A DNA stretch of 64,000 nucleotides from Terracidiphilus sp. (GCA_049516495.1 JBEKTB010000001.1:13508-77507), one strand, 5' to 3'. Shown: positions 27,861-38,701, numbered from the stretch's first letter. Notes: a model not told the origin generated them from the sequence alone. A program made the numbers and translations.

Positions 27861-28781
27861 TTACAGGGTGAACGGTGTGCTGGCGACAGCGATCGCCGGG
27901 CGGTGAGCCTGCGCGAACTCGAAGTCGGCTCGAGCAGCGGCCAACTCCTCGCCAACCAGTTCGAGACGGGGAGCGCGGACGCGGGCCGAGCCGATGCCGG
28001 CCTCCTGCTGCACCTGCTTGATCAGTTGGACGAACTTGGGCACGGTATCCATGCGCAACAAGGGCAGAAACCAGCGATAGATCTCGAACGCTTTCTCGGT
28101 TTTTCCCTCGCTGGCCAGTTTAAACAGATCCACGGACTCGCGGGGCAGCGCATTGACCAGTCCGGCAACCCAGCCCACTGCGCCTGCCGCGATGCCCTCG
28201 ACAATGGCGTCATCGACGCCGACGAACAGGGCCAGCCGGTCGCCGATCAAGGCGCGGATTGCGGTCACACGGCGAACATCGGTCGAGGATTCCTTGACGG
28301 CCGCCAGATTCGGATATTCGCGGGCCAGTTCCGCGATCTGCTCGGGCAGGAAATCGGTGCCATAGGCGACCGGATTGTTATAGAGCAGTCCGGGCAGCGG
28401 GGTGGCCTCGAGAATCGCCGCGACGTGCGCCTTGGTCTCGCGCCAGTCACCTCTGTAGACATAGGGCGGCAGGATCATGAGTCCCGCGCAGCCAACGGCA
28501 TGGGCTGCCTTGGCCAGTTCCACACTCTCGGCGGTGGAAAGTGAGGAGATGGCCGCGACCGTGGGCGCCCTGCCGTCGAGCGCTGCGACCACAGCCTTGA
28601 GAATCTCGACCTTCTCTTCAGATCTCAGGGTTGGGGCCTCTCCCAGCGAGCCCAGACAGATGATCCCGGTGCAGCCGTTCTCGGCGAGCCATTGGGCGTG
28701 CCTGGCTGTAAAGGCGTAATCGACGTTGCAATCCTTGTCGAATGCGGTGGTCATGGCGGGCATTACGCCGGTCCAGTTCAT
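27861..28781 (-). CDS. DapA/NAL-family lyase, putative delta1-pyrroline-4-hydroxy-2-carboxylate deaminase
   Basis: [17 protein letters not shown]...GCTGIICLGSLGEAPTL...LPPYVY...YNNPVAYG...AAVKESS (Schiff-base Lys) fits the DHDPS-like fold. The ATG at 28779-28781 overlaps the stop of the upstream gene (ATGA). Confidence 0.75.
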   Translation of the reverse strand: MNWTGVMPAMTTAFDKDCNVDYAFTARHAQWLAENGCTGIICLGSLGEAPTLRSEEKVEILKAVVAALDGRAPTVAAISSLSTAESVELAKAAHAVGCAGLMILPPYVYRGDWRETKAHVAAILEATPLPGLLYNNPVAYGTDFLPEQIAELAREYPNLAAVKESSTDVRRVTAIRALIGDRLALFVGVDDAIVEGIAAGAVGWVAGLVNALPRESVDLFKLASEGKTEKAFEIYRWFLPLLRMDTVPKFVQLIKQVQQEAGIGSARVRAPRLELVGEELAAARADFEFAQAHRPAIAVASTPFTL

Positions 28782-29938
28782 GGCTTCTCCTGAGGGGCGG
28801 TTTTCTGAGCAAAGGCCGGGCTGAAACGGTCCGGCCGATAGGGTTCCGGCGCAAAGGCTGGCTCGCTGCCGGTCAGCAGGCCGGCGATCAGCTCTGCGGT
28901 AGCCAGGGCGGTGGTGATGCCCAGGCCTTCGTGGCCGGTGGCGAGCCACAGCGTCGGGTCGCCGGGAACAGGGCCGATGAGGGGCAGTTTGTCGGGGGTG
29001 GCGGCGCGGAAGCCGGTCCACACGCGCAGGACATTCAATGAAGCGATTGCCGGCATGTACAGGGCGGCGCGCTGCAGCATCGCGCTGAGCATTGCCTGAT
29101 CGACGGTCGCTTCTTCGTTGCCGTATTGGCGCGAAGAACCAATGAGGACTTGACCGGTCTTCCGCGGCTGGACGTTGAAAGCCACTGAATCCGTGGTGAG
29201 CGAGTGCGCGCTCTTCAAGTAGCCGAGTTCGACCAACTGGTGGTGAACGAAGCCGGGATAGCGGTCGGTGATTGCCAGATGTCCCTTGCGCTTTTTTACC
29301 GGCAGGTCCGGGCTGCAGAAGGAAGCATCCGCTCCAGTGGCGTTGACCAGCCGCGGTGCACGAAGCACAGTTCCGCCGTCGAGGCGTGCTTCACCGTCGG
29401 CCAGATGGGTGACGGAATGGCCCACCAGCAACGTGGCTCCGAGAGACTGGGCTTGCCGCGCCAGATGGAGAGCAACCGCAGGCGGATAGACAACTGCGTC
29501 GTCAATTGCGAGCAATCCACCCGCAAGCCCAGGCCGCAGATTCGGCTCCAGAGCCGCCAGTTCGCGGCTTGAGAGCAGCCGGCTGGGAACTCCGCGCGCG
29601 TCGAGAAACGCGTGCTTGCGCGCAGCTTCGGCCAACTCGTTGTCATCGGCGGCAACCCAAATGGTTCCGCGGTTCTCGTACTCTGCATTGGGCGGCAAGC
29701 TTGGGCTGAGCGCCTGCCACAATTGCTGCGAACGCCGCGTGAGAGAAAACTGCGCCTCGGAGTCGTCCATCACCACGATGTGGCCCATGCCGGCGGCAGT
29801 GGCGCCGCCGCCGAGAATCTCGCGCTCAACCAGCGCTACGCGCAATCCGGCTTGCGTGCAGGCCAGCGCGCAGGCCGCGCCCACAATGCCGCCTCCCGCG
29901 ACGACAACATCGTAGGACTCCTGGGCTGAAGCGCTCAT
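28778..29938 (-). CDS. FAD-dependent oxidoreductase (DAO family), HcnC/LhpB-like (putative D-hydroxyproline dehydrogenase beta subunit)
   Basis: [30 protein letters not shown] is a Rossmann FAD fold with a DAO-family body. The ATG at 29936-29938 overlaps the epimerase stop (ATGA). Confidence 0.75.
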   Translation of the reverse strand: MSASAQESYDVVVAGGGIVGAACALACTQAGLRVALVEREILGGGATAAGMGHIVVMDDSEAQFSLTRRSQQLWQALSPSLPPNAEYENRGTIWVAADDNELAEAARKHAFLDARGVPSRLLSSRELAALEPNLRPGLAGGLLAIDDAVVYPPAVALHLARQAQSLGATLLVGHSVTHLADGEARLDGGTVLRAPRLVNATGADASFCSPDLPVKKRKGHLAITDRYPGFVHHQLVELGYLKSAHSLTTDSVAFNVQPRKTGQVLIGSSRQYGNEEATVDQAMLSAMLQRAALYMPAIASLNVLRVWTGFRAATPDKLPLIGPVPGDPTLWLATGHEGLGITTALATAELIAGLLTGSEPAFAPEPYRPDRFSPAFAQKTAPQEKP

Positions 29939-30918
29939 GCAGGCACCCCAAGCCGGAATGGGTCGGCGGGATCGAAGATCAGCGTGCACTGGGCCGTGAC
30001 ATGCGCCGAGCCGGTGATGCTGGGGATGATTCTGTCCTCCTTGCGCTGTCCGGGCTCAACCTCATAACTGCCCTCGAAGACCGTACCCAGAATGCCTTCC
30101 TGCCGCCAGAGTTGACCAGGCTCGAGCAGGCCGTCGGCGGCCAGGCAGGCCATTTTGGCGCTGGTTCCGGTTCCGCATGGGGAGCGGTCATAGGCTTTGC
30201 CGGGACAAAGCACGAAGTTGCGGCTATGGTTGGCTGGGTCGTGCGCGGCGGTGAACAGCTCGATGTGGTCAATCTCCGCGCCACCGGCTCCAGTGACGTT
30301 CGCGGCAGTCAATGCGCTGCGGATCGCCCAGGTGAAGGCTGTGAGCGGCTCAATCTGGCTGACTGCGAGGTGCCGGGCTGCCGAGAGGCCGTGCTCGCGA
30401 ACAAGGAAAAACCAGTTACCGCCCCAGGCCACGTCGCCGGTGACCGGGCCGTAGCCGGGAACCTGCACGGTGACCCCGGCGCGATGTCGGTAGGCCGGAA
30501 CATTGACGCAGGTGACCAGGTTGCCCGGCCGCAATTGGATTTTGACGGCGCCGACCGGGGTTTCAATACGATGTTCGCCCGGCTTGATGCGATCCAGGTA
30601 GGCCAGGGTCACTGCGACGCCGATCATGCCGTGGCCGCACATGCCCAGATATCCGGAGTTGTTGAAGAAGATCACGCCCGCTGCGCAGGCCGGGTCGGCG
30701 GGTTTAACCAGAAGGGCGCCCACAAGGACGTCGGAACCTCGTGGCTCGCACAGGATGGCGCGGCGGTAGTGATCGTGCTCGCGGCGCAGGCGATCGAGAC
30801 GTTCGGCGAGCGGCCCGGAGCCGAGTGGCGGACCTCCGGACAGAATGCAGCGAGTAGGCTCGCCCGCTGTGTGCGAATCGACGACATCCATACGAAGAGG
30901 CATGTGTGTGTTTTCCAT
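29935..30918 (-). CDS. proline racemase-family enzyme, putative 4-hydroxyproline 2-epimerase
   Basis: [14 protein letters not shown] and both catalytic Cys motifs are present (GYLGMCGHG and [11 protein letters not shown]), which argues for an epimerase/racemase rather than a dehydratase-type family member. The start is ATG 30918 or 30903. The 402-aa track ORF is an upstream extension. Confidence 0.8.
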   Translation of the reverse strand: MENTHMPLRMDVVDSHTAGEPTRCILSGGPPLGSGPLAERLDRLRREHDHYRRAILCEPRGSDVLVGALLVKPADPACAAGVIFFNNSGYLGMCGHGMIGVAVTLAYLDRIKPGEHRIETPVGAVKIQLRPGNLVTCVNVPAYRHRAGVTVQVPGYGPVTGDVAWGGNWFFLVREHGLSAARHLAVSQIEPLTAFTWAIRSALTAANVTGAGGAEIDHIELFTAAHDPANHSRNFVLCPGKAYDRSPCGTGTSAKMACLAADGLLEPGQLWRQEGILGTVFEGSYEVEPGQRKEDRIIPSITGSAHVTAQCTLIFDPADPFRLGVPA

Positions 30919-31287
30919 GATTGCCTGCAGAATCAGGTTCCTGTCCGGTGAAACTCCTCTGTTCAATGAAAGGAGAGGCTTGGCGGTTAGCGCCAATGCA
31001 GCGATTTTCTTGCCTTGGGTCCAAATACTTGCTGGCCAGAACGCCTCGCTGCAAAGTATACGAGTTTGCATACAATCTCTGCCAATCTGTACCCGATCTT
31101 TCTTGGCTGCGAGCTCTCCTCCAGCCTGCAGGGTCGGGAACAACTCCGTGGGGTTCGTCGCGGCTCTCCGATAGGCCCGGCCGGCTTAGATTACTGGAGG
31201 ACGTCAACGGCAGGTCAAGTCCGACTGGACGGAGGCTATTATTGTTGGGTCATTGCAACCTTGCTTCCATCGGTCTCCGGAGGACCT

Positions 31288-34032
31288 ATGCCGTTTTCGA
31301 AAAAGCAAAGCCGCCGAGAGTTCTTGATCGCCGGCTCCTCGTCAGCGTTGGCCGCGGCCGCAGCCTCCGCCATGGGGCAGACAAATTCGTTGGCGCCCAA
31401 CGCCCCGCCTGATTCGCCGGACCAGTCGAATCCCTACTCTTCGGAGGACCTTTTTGAGCAGGGACCGCAGCGCACGTTCAGCGGGGACAAGGCCACCCAG
31501 GTCGCGATGCCCTTGGGTGGAATAGGCACCGGCTGTATCTGTTTGAACGGTTACGGCGGGTTGCAGGATTTCTCCATTCGCTGCCGCCCCGAGACCGGCG
31601 CTTTGCCTGCAGGATTCACTTCCAATTCTTCCGAAGCGGCCTTTGCCGTTCTGCATATCAAGGGAGATTCCGGCGCCACCAAACTTGTGGAAGGACCTTT
31701 TCCAGTCTTCAAAATCTTCGATCAGGGTCTCCAGGGGCAGGGAATGCGGCGCGGTGGCTTCGAAGGGTTTCCGCGTTTTGGGAAATCCGTATTCAGGGGA
31801 GAGTACCCTTTCGGCGAAGTAAAGCTCAGCGATTCGAATGTTCCCCTCGAAGTCACTCTCCATGGCTGGAATCCCTTCATTCCCCTCGACGATAAGAACT
31901 CAGGAATTCCTTGCGTCATTCTGGAATACACGCTCCACAATGCTTCTTCCCAGGCTGTGGAGTACGAGTTTTCTTATCATCTCTCGCACCTGGCTCCGGG
32001 TTGCAAACCGGAGCAGGCTGGAAGCCTCAATACCGTGCTGCCCGGCAAGGGCGTTTTCATGCATAACCAGGAAAACCTCAACGCTGAAGCCTACGGCAGC
32101 GCCTGCCTGACTGTGATCGGCGAGTCGCCACGCATCAAGGGAATGTGGCTGCGCAGCCCTGGATGGGAGTTTGATTCCCTGTCAGCGTTGTGGCGCGAGG
32201 TTGCCACGGGTAACTTCACGGCTAATGAAGGATCCAACAATGTCGACACCCAGGGCCGGAACGGAGCATCCATATTGTTGGAAGGAAAGCTTGCGCCCGA
32301 CGCATCCATAACTTATCCCATTCTCATTGTCTGGCATTTCCCCAACAGTTATGTCAGCAGCGGCCCTCCGGTTCCTGACACTGCAAAGATCCAGGGAGAT
32401 GTAGGCTGCCGCACAGTACCGGACGGCCTGAAACCGCTCTGGCGTCCGTACTACGCGTCGCTCTGGAAAGATGCTCGCGAAGTGGCCCTTTACGTGGAGC
32501 GAGAATATTCTTCGCTGCGAACGCGCACGACTGCATTCAAGGACGCGCTTTTCTCTTCCACGCTTCCCCCGTATGTCCTCGATGCTGTTTCCGCAAATCT
32601 CGCCATTCTCAAATCTCCCACCGTGTTGCGCCTTGAAAACGGGCAGATGTGGGGATGGGAAGGTTGCTTTCCCGATGGCGGCTGCTGCGACGGTTCCTGC
32701 ACACACGTGTGGAACTATGCCCAGGCCTTTCCGCACCTCTACCCGCAATTGGAGCGAACCCTGCGCGAGTTGGAACTGGTCCGGTCGATGGACGACAACG
32801 GGCATATCAATTTTCGCAGTGCACTGCCAGTCGGCCCTGTCGATCATAGCTGGCATGCTGCCGCCGACGGACAGTTAGGCGGAATCATGAAGCTCTATCG
32901 CGACTGGCAGATTTCGGCAGACACCGCATGGCTCACCAAGTTGTATCCCCTGGCCAGGCGCAGCCTTGATTACTGCATCCGCACCTGGGATCCGGACCAC
33001 AAGGGAGGACTGTTTGAGCCGCACCACAACACCTACGACATTGAATTCTGGGGCGCGGATGGAATGTGCACCAGTATCTATCTGGGCGCTCTGTCGGCGA
33101 TGGCGCAGATGGCGCAGGCCCTCGGTCAAGGGTCAGATGCGCGGTTCTACTCTGAACTGGCCGAACGATCTTCGCACTTCATGGACGATCAGCTTTTCAA
33201 CGGCGAATACTATCAACAGAAGGTACAGTACCTGGGCCTGCGCAATACCTCTTTCGCCGAAAGCGTAGCCCACGTTGACGATCACAGCAGCGAGATGCAG
33301 CAACTCCTGAAGCGCGAAGGTCCGAAATACCAATATGGAAGCGGATGCCTTTCCGATGGCGTTATCGGTGCGTGGATGGCGCGATCCTACGGCATCGAGA
33401 CCCCGCTTGTTCGCGATAACATCCGCAAGACATTACAGGCCATCTTTCAACATAACTTCAAGAACGACCTGAGCCTGCACGCCAACGCGCAGCGCCCCGG
33501 CTACGCCATGGGACACGAGCCCGGCCTTCTCCTGTGCAGTTGGCCGCGCGGCGGCAAGCCAACGCTTCCATTTGTCTACTCCGACGAGGTGTGGACCGGT
33601 ATCGAATACCAGGTTGCTTCTCACCTCATCGAAGAGGGCTTTGTGAAGGAAGGTTTGACGATTGTCAAAGCTTTGCGCAGTCGTTATGACGGCCGCACAC
33701 GCAACCCGTGGAATGAGTACGAGTGCGGCAACTATTACGCGCGCGCCATGGCGAGTTATGCGCTGCTCGGCGCTCTTGCCGGGTTTCGTTACTCCGCCGT
33801 GCAACGAACACTTTGGCTTGGCCCTCAACTCAACACGCGGCCTTTCAAGACATTCTTTTCTACGGCCCTTGCGTTTGGCGTCATCACGCTGGAAGCCGGC
33901 ACGATTCGCGTTCGAGTCATTGAAGGAGAGTTACCTGTTGAGAAGCTCGTGCTAAGTTCCGGAACCGAATCGAAGACCTATAGCTGGAACATCGCGATTC
34001 GGCCGAACAAGACTGCGGAAATGCCCATCTGA
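31288..34032 (+). CDS. GH116-family beta-glucosidase/glucosylceramidase-like protein with Tat signal
   Basis: ATG at 31288 preceded by GGAGGA. Twin-arginine leader MPFSKKQSRREFLIAGSSSALAAAAASAMG. GH116 N-domain block (FPRFGKSVFRGEYPFGEVKLSD..PLEVTLHGWNPFIPLD) and catalytic-domain block (WEGCFPDGGCCDGSCTHVWNYAQAFPHLYPQLER). Confidence 0.8.
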   Translation: MPFSKKQSRREFLIAGSSSALAAAAASAMGQTNSLAPNAPPDSPDQSNPYSSEDLFEQGPQRTFSGDKATQVAMPLGGIGTGCICLNGYGGLQDFSIRCRPETGALPAGFTSNSSEAAFAVLHIKGDSGATKLVEGPFPVFKIFDQGLQGQGMRRGGFEGFPRFGKSVFRGEYPFGEVKLSDSNVPLEVTLHGWNPFIPLDDKNSGIPCVILEYTLHNASSQAVEYEFSYHLSHLAPGCKPEQAGSLNTVLPGKGVFMHNQENLNAEAYGSACLTVIGESPRIKGMWLRSPGWEFDSLSALWREVATGNFTANEGSNNVDTQGRNGASILLEGKLAPDASITYPILIVWHFPNSYVSSGPPVPDTAKIQGDVGCRTVPDGLKPLWRPYYASLWKDAREVALYVEREYSSLRTRTTAFKDALFSSTLPPYVLDAVSANLAILKSPTVLRLENGQMWGWEGCFPDGGCCDGSCTHVWNYAQAFPHLYPQLERTLRELELVRSMDDNGHINFRSALPVGPVDHSWHAAADGQLGGIMKLYRDWQISADTAWLTKLYPLARRSLDYCIRTWDPDHKGGLFEPHHNTYDIEFWGADGMCTSIYLGALSAMAQMAQALGQGSDARFYSELAERSSHFMDDQLFNGEYYQQKVQYLGLRNTSFAESVAHVDDHSSEMQQLLKREGPKYQYGSGCLSDGVIGAWMARSYGIETPLVRDNIRKTLQAIFQHNFKNDLSLHANAQRPGYAMGHEPGLLLCSWPRGGKPTLPFVYSDEVWTGIEYQVASHLIEEGFVKEGLTIVKALRSRYDGRTRNPWNEYECGNYYARAMASYALLGALAGFRYSAVQRTLWLGPQLNTRPFKTFFSTALAFGVITLEAGTIRVRVIEGELPVEKLVLSSGTESKTYSWNIAIRPNKTAEMPI

Positions 34033-34389
34033 ATCCTGCGATGTGCGGGCCGTAGCCAGAGTCGGCTCCAGGTGCTCTGGGCTCCAGTGGCCTGATTCGC
34101 TCAGAACTCCCTTACGCGGTCAGCCGGCTGGCAGGGCGCAAGCTCTCGTCGAGCGGCTGAACTTTGCGCTTGCCTACCCCATCAGGAACGGTAGAATAGA
34201 GGCCGAACCTGAGGGTGGATCGTTGGGCCCGGAAGCGTTGGGCGGGCAGCAGCTTGAAATCGATGCACGCTGAACACCGCGATCTCATATTCGATTGCAA
34301 TTCCAATCGTACGGCGGTTTCGGCAAGTTTTTAATCGGTGCTCGCAGGCTCACGAGGGGCGTTGTAAACTATTAACTGTGAACAGATGG

Positions 34390-34464
34390 GCGGGAGTAGT
34401 TCAGTGGCAGAACGTCAGCTTCCCAAGCTGAATGTCGCCGGTTCGATCCCGGTCTCCCGCTCCA
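34390..34464 (+). tRNA. tRNA-Gly (anticodon CCC), CCA encoded
   Basis: Manual cloverleaf: acceptor GCGGGAG/CUCCCGC, D stem GUUC/GAAC, anticodon stem UCAGC/GCUGA with loop UUCCCAA, T stem GCCGG/CCGGU with UUCGAUC, discriminator U, CCA. Confidence 0.95.
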
Positions 34465-34675
34465 TAAAATCAAGTACTTACGACGTATCCTCCCCGAGAA
34501 AACTGATCCATATTTCGCGCCATTTCAGCGGGAAAAGGCTATCCTCCATTTGATCCACGCTCGGCAGCCTCCTCTCAGCGGCGTTCGCACGGCCTGTGCA
34601 CCGTGAACCGAGGCTCTCTGAAACACGCTCGATACCGGTGGCCATTTGGATATTCCCAGCGTTCTTCTGCCCGAC

Positions 34676-37087
34676 TCATTGGGGTTGGCTGAGGCCGATC
34701 TGCACCGGTCCAAGCTTTTTGGATACAGTAGCGGGTTCGCCGTCAATGGGGGCAAATTTGTTGGCTACTTCGCCTTCTGCTTTCTCGACGCGATACATGA
34801 CGCCCGCTCTCGCAGCGAACATCAGTTCGGGCGCCGCAGAATCTATCACGACCGGCTCTCCGGTGCCTGCATCGATCACATTTACCGCTTTGCCAGGCCA
34901 TGGATTTCTGACTTTCATGACCTGCGCAGTACTGACCTCGACGCCAACCGCGGTTGGCGCGCCTTTCCTGACCTGCGCCCAAACCCGCGTAGTGCCGCGC
35001 ACGGACACTGCGCCATCGAAATCCCATCCCGGGGGCACGGCGGGAGCGATACGGATGACGCCATCGTAATCCTGCACCAGCGCCTCTTGAAGTGCGAGGG
35101 CTACCATGGCGGTCTGCTCCACATAAAATTCTTCTCCGGCGCCGCCCCACTTTGCGAAGCCATTGATGTATTGCTGATTGGCCTTGGTGATCTGGATGAG
35201 AGTGCCGGCAACCTCGCTGCCCAGACCAAGACGCGCGGCTTGCACGGGATCATAGCTCCAGTCGATGTTGCCCTGGTTGGGGCGGGATCGATAGGTTCGC
35301 CGGGCCAGTGAGAACAGGGAGGAGGAATCGCCGATCAGATCGTAAGGCCATACGGGTTCGAGGCCGATGTTTTCCACGTTATGGACTGGGGCAGAGGGTT
35401 GATAGGAAGTGGCTATCACATCCTTGCCCTCCAAATCCGCGGCAGGAGGCAACAGAGAGGCCGGCTTTCCCTCTTCCGTTCGCGGCAAAGGAGGTATCCG
35501 CGGAATCGCGGCTTGCAGTTGGCGAACCAATGCAGGTTCTTCGTGGAGCAGTGTGGCGGCTTCAATCGTCGCGGGATAAAGCGCCTGGCGTGCCGACAAA
35601 TCCGTCGTGGGATCGACCACGTCCCACTGCGTTTCATGGGCATTGGATGGGCTGGTATGCAATAGTCCATCGGCTCCCGGCTTCTCGTAAGAAAGAAGGA
35701 AACGGGCGGAGTCCGCCATTACCGGGAAATTTGCAGCCAGAAACGCCTTGTCCCCAGTGGCCAGATACTGTTGCCATATCCAGAGAGAAACTTCCGCCCC
35801 GGTCGAAATAGTGCGCGCGTTGTAATAAGGTCCGGAGGCGGCATCGCAATTCCATCCGCTCACCTTTTTGGTATTTCCACCCCACGTCTCAAATTCGATG
35901 CCTTGCCCGTTGAAGCGCATCGTCTCTGGCACGCATATGCCGGGCGCACCACCCATGTGCTCCTTGGTCCACTTCTCCATGTTGGCCAGGTTTTCGCGAT
36001 AAAGACGGAAGTAGGGATCGTTCAGATGAGGCAGGCCGGCGCCCAGGTTCGCCGCCACCTGCATGCGCAGATTCCAATGCCAGAAGGCGGCAGGATCCCA
36101 TTGATGGTGGTCGCGAACAGCGGAAAACAGATCGCCGACTCCAGCTTGCGATCCAGGGTACTCTCCACCGTTTTCCGCTGCCGCGCTGAACAAATAGAGA
36201 GTCCGCAGATTCTCCATGTACTCGCCGGCGCCATCGGCCGAGGAGATTTTGATCAGGTTGGCGTGGGACCAGAAATCATGCCACCAGGTCTCATGTTGCC
36301 GCGCGTCCCGGCTCGCCAGTGCACGCGCCGCGGTGCGTTCGGCCGTGCTGCCGGCGTCGTCTCCCGCGTAGTGAGGAGAGGCGACGACAATGCGGAAACT
36401 CCCGTCCCGATTGGGCGTGAAGGTCAAGGCGATGGTTCTTCCATCACGCACAGCGGCCGAGACGTTCCTTCCTTCGGCGGTGATGGCGGCCAGCGAACCA
36501 AAGCGGCGTCCGGAAGCCCCGGGTTGTTGGTCGTCCAGCCAACTCTCGGCCAGCAGCCCGACTCCTCCCTGAGCGATCGCCTCCGGATGGCGCGGCTCCC
36601 AGAGTTTCAGCAAGGCGCTCTGAGGTTTTTCCGGATCGGCGCCTGTTACATCGACGATCAGCGTATCTGAATCCGGCTGCGCGTAGGCGTTAGCCGTCAT
36701 GCCGCCGCCGCGCTCTTGAAAGGCGCCATTATAAAGATCGAGCTTGCCCGCGTAGTCTTTTGCAGAGGTCAGCGCTGCCAGACCGGGTATTGTTACCTGC
36801 CCCGTCGAGTAGCGATAGGGCAGCGTGTCGGCGCGGTTGAGTTGGGCTGTAAATCCATCCGCCGACCAGACGGCCGCACCCAGACGGCCGTTGCCCAGCG
36901 GCATCGCTTCCATCGCGTCTGTATTGGCGCGGCCGAGAACGACATCCGACCGGCCAACCACCCCGGCGACATTCACAACAAACCTCTCGCCGCGCCACGC
37001 AGTCGTGTCCTGGGCGGGCAGGACATTTGCAAGCACGCCGCAAGCCAGGAGGCCTGAACCGACAACCGAACGCAATACTTTCGACAT
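34676..37087 (-). CDS. GH95-like six-hairpin glycoside hydrolase (possible alpha-L-fucosidase), secreted
   Basis: ATG at 37087 preceded by AGAGGA. Signal peptide (VVGSGLLACGVLANVLPAQ). The N-terminal MPLGNGRLGAAVWS..GFTAQLNRADTL resembles the GH95/Glyco_hyd_65N_2 block (PIGNGRLGAMVFG...QLNE.TLW). The central WHWNLRMQVAANLGAGL resembles the GH95 N.N.QMNYW region. Family assignment is by eye only. Confidence 0.6.
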   Translation of the reverse strand: MSKVLRSVVGSGLLACGVLANVLPAQDTTAWRGERFVVNVAGVVGRSDVVLGRANTDAMEAMPLGNGRLGAAVWSADGFTAQLNRADTLPYRYSTGQVTIPGLAALTSAKDYAGKLDLYNGAFQERGGGMTANAYAQPDSDTLIVDVTGADPEKPQSALLKLWEPRHPEAIAQGGVGLLAESWLDDQQPGASGRRFGSLAAITAEGRNVSAAVRDGRTIALTFTPNRDGSFRIVVASPHYAGDDAGSTAERTAARALASRDARQHETWWHDFWSHANLIKISSADGAGEYMENLRTLYLFSAAAENGGEYPGSQAGVGDLFSAVRDHHQWDPAAFWHWNLRMQVAANLGAGLPHLNDPYFRLYRENLANMEKWTKEHMGGAPGICVPETMRFNGQGIEFETWGGNTKKVSGWNCDAASGPYYNARTISTGAEVSLWIWQQYLATGDKAFLAANFPVMADSARFLLSYEKPGADGLLHTSPSNAHETQWDVVDPTTDLSARQALYPATIEAATLLHEEPALVRQLQAAIPRIPPLPRTEEGKPASLLPPAADLEGKDVIATSYQPSAPVHNVENIGLEPVWPYDLIGDSSSLFSLARRTYRSRPNQGNIDWSYDPVQAARLGLGSEVAGTLIQITKANQQYINGFAKWGGAGEEFYVEQTAMVALALQEALVQDYDGVIRIAPAVPPGWDFDGAVSVRGTTRVWAQVRKGAPTAVGVEVSTAQVMKVRNPWPGKAVNVIDAGTGEPVVIDSAAPELMFAARAGVMYRVEKAEGEVANKFAPIDGEPATVSKKLGPVQIGLSQPQ

Positions 37088-37180
37088 GACTTTTCCTCTG
37101 CAATTTCGACAACCGTTTGAGCGCACACCATACTCGTCAGGAGCGGGCAATGAATCCAGTCCGCAAAAACGCAGCGCCAT

Positions 37181-38701
37181 TTACGGTCTCACGCCGGCCT
37201 CGATCAGCGCATCGGCCCAGATCCGGTATCCCGCGTCGCTCGGATGGGTGCCATCCGGCATGAGGGCAGCCGGCAGAGAACCATCCGGCGCAAGGAACCG
37301 TGAGCCAATATCGATGAATTTCACCGTTGGGTCGCCGACGAAGTGCTGCGCCAGCAAGCGGTTCGTCTCCAGAATAGGCGCACGCAAAGGATCGTCGGGG
37401 CGCGCGCCACGCGGGAAGATTCCCATCAATACGATATGGCTCTGCGGCGAGCGCCTGTGAACCTCATCGCAGATTGCCCCAATACCCTCCACAATCTCCG
37501 CCGGCGTATTGGCGCGCGCATTTTCCGTGCCGGTAAGGTTGTTGGCGCCGATGTCGAGAATCACCCACAGCGGATTCAGCCCCTCGAACTCTCCCTGCCG
37601 CAGCCGCCACAACACATTCTGCGTGCGATCCCAGCCGAAGCCCATATTCAGCACCGGCAAGCCGCCAAAGGCACGCTGCCAGGCGGCCGGCCCATTTTCA
37701 TGATTGCCAATCGGCGATCCGCCCCAGAAGTGCGTGATGGAGTCGCCGATCAGCACTACGCGCGGCTTCATCTGCTGCTGAAGCATCAATTCCGCGTGAT
37801 GCCTCGCGTACCAGTCGTACGAATCCTGCTCCAGCTTCTCCACGGGAATCATGGCGGTGTTGACATCAGTCATTGTGGCAAGCTCCGCTCGCGGCGAGTC
37901 GCCCATGAGTTTGGCAAGTGTCGGTTCAATCGCCTCGGCCATCCTTCGCTGGCCGCGCGTGTCCGGGTGCAGAGGCGAACCGGGCTGCGGAAGCCGCGGA
38001 TCGTAGAAGATCGAGGCGTTCAGCTTGCCGTCGGTGTAGAAGATCGAACCGATGTCGAGATAGGTGACGCGAGGGTTCTCGCCATAACACGCCGCCAGGT
38101 ACCGGTTGACCGCGCTGTCCCGGTCCGATTTGCTGGCGGAAATCCCACTGGGAAGAATCCCCAGCAGCAGAATGCGCGTCTCCGGCAACTTCCGCTCCAG
38201 ATCGGCGACGACAGCATCAATCCCGCTCTCGGTCTGCTCGGCCGTTTGCCTTCTCCACCCGGTATTGTTGGTGCCGATCAGCACCATTGCCACCTTCGGA
38301 TGCAGTCCGTCTACTTCTCCGTGATCGAGTCGCCAAAGAACATTGGCCGTGGTGTCTCCGCTGAGGCCAAGGTTCAACGCCTTGCGGGGCTCGTAGAATT
38401 GCTTCCAGGTCGGCTGAAAATTCTCATCCGGAGGATTGCGCTTGTCGTAGTTGTTGGTGATGGAATCCCCGATGAGAAGCAGTTGTGTATCCGGGTGGTC
38501 TTGCGCTGCTTTGAGCAATACCTTGTGCCGATCGGCCCACCACGGCTCGTTGGGACGGTCCGCCGGTTCGGTCGCTGGATTTGCCGCCAGAACAGGCGCT
38601 TGCGCGCGAACCGCACAAGCAAATGTCACAGCGAAGACAAAACCAACCAGTGCCGGCGCTATGCTGCAGGAACGAATCCGAAAACGACGAACGACAATCA
38701 T
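37181..38701 (-). CDS. tandem SGNH/GDSL hydrolase (two esterase domains), secreted
   Basis: There are two GDS blocks (LLLIGDSITNNY and VVLIGDSITHFW), each followed by GxSG/GxNN and DGxHP blocks (GTNNTGW...LHPD; GANNLTG...DGTHPSD). The leader is AVTFACAVRAQA. ATG at 38701 follows GGAGGA. Confidence 0.8.
   Translation of the reverse strand: MIVVRRFRIRSCSIAPALVGFVFAVTFACAVRAQAPVLAANPATEPADRPNEPWWADRHKVLLKAAQDHPDTQLLLIGDSITNNYDKRNPPDENFQPTWKQFYEPRKALNLGLSGDTTANVLWRLDHGEVDGLHPKVAMVLIGTNNTGWRRQTAEQTESGIDAVVADLERKLPETRILLLGILPSGISASKSDRDSAVNRYLAACYGENPRVTYLDIGSIFYTDGKLNASIFYDPRLPQPGSPLHPDTRGQRRMAEAIEPTLAKLMGDSPRAELATMTDVNTAMIPVEKLEQDSYDWYARHHAELMLQQQMKPRVVLIGDSITHFWGGSPIGNHENGPAAWQRAFGGLPVLNMGFGWDRTQNVLWRLRQGEFEGLNPLWVILDIGANNLTGTENARANTPAEIVEGIGAICDEVHRRSPQSHIVLMGIFPRGARPDDPLRAPILETNRLLAQHFVGDPTVKFIDIGSRFLAPDGSLPAALMPDGTHPSDAGYRIWADALIEAGVRP

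Noticed and set aside
31015-31287. Upstream extension of the GH116 ORF
   Set aside because: A GGAGGA SD plus the ATG at 31288 begins a textbook twin-arginine signal peptide. The upstream residues overlap the divergent epimerase promoter region.
34112-34306. 64-aa minus-strand ORF between GH116 and tRNA-Gly
   Set aside because: It has a TTG start, no SD and no recognisable family. I considered a toxin or integrase remnant next to the tRNA, but nothing supports that.
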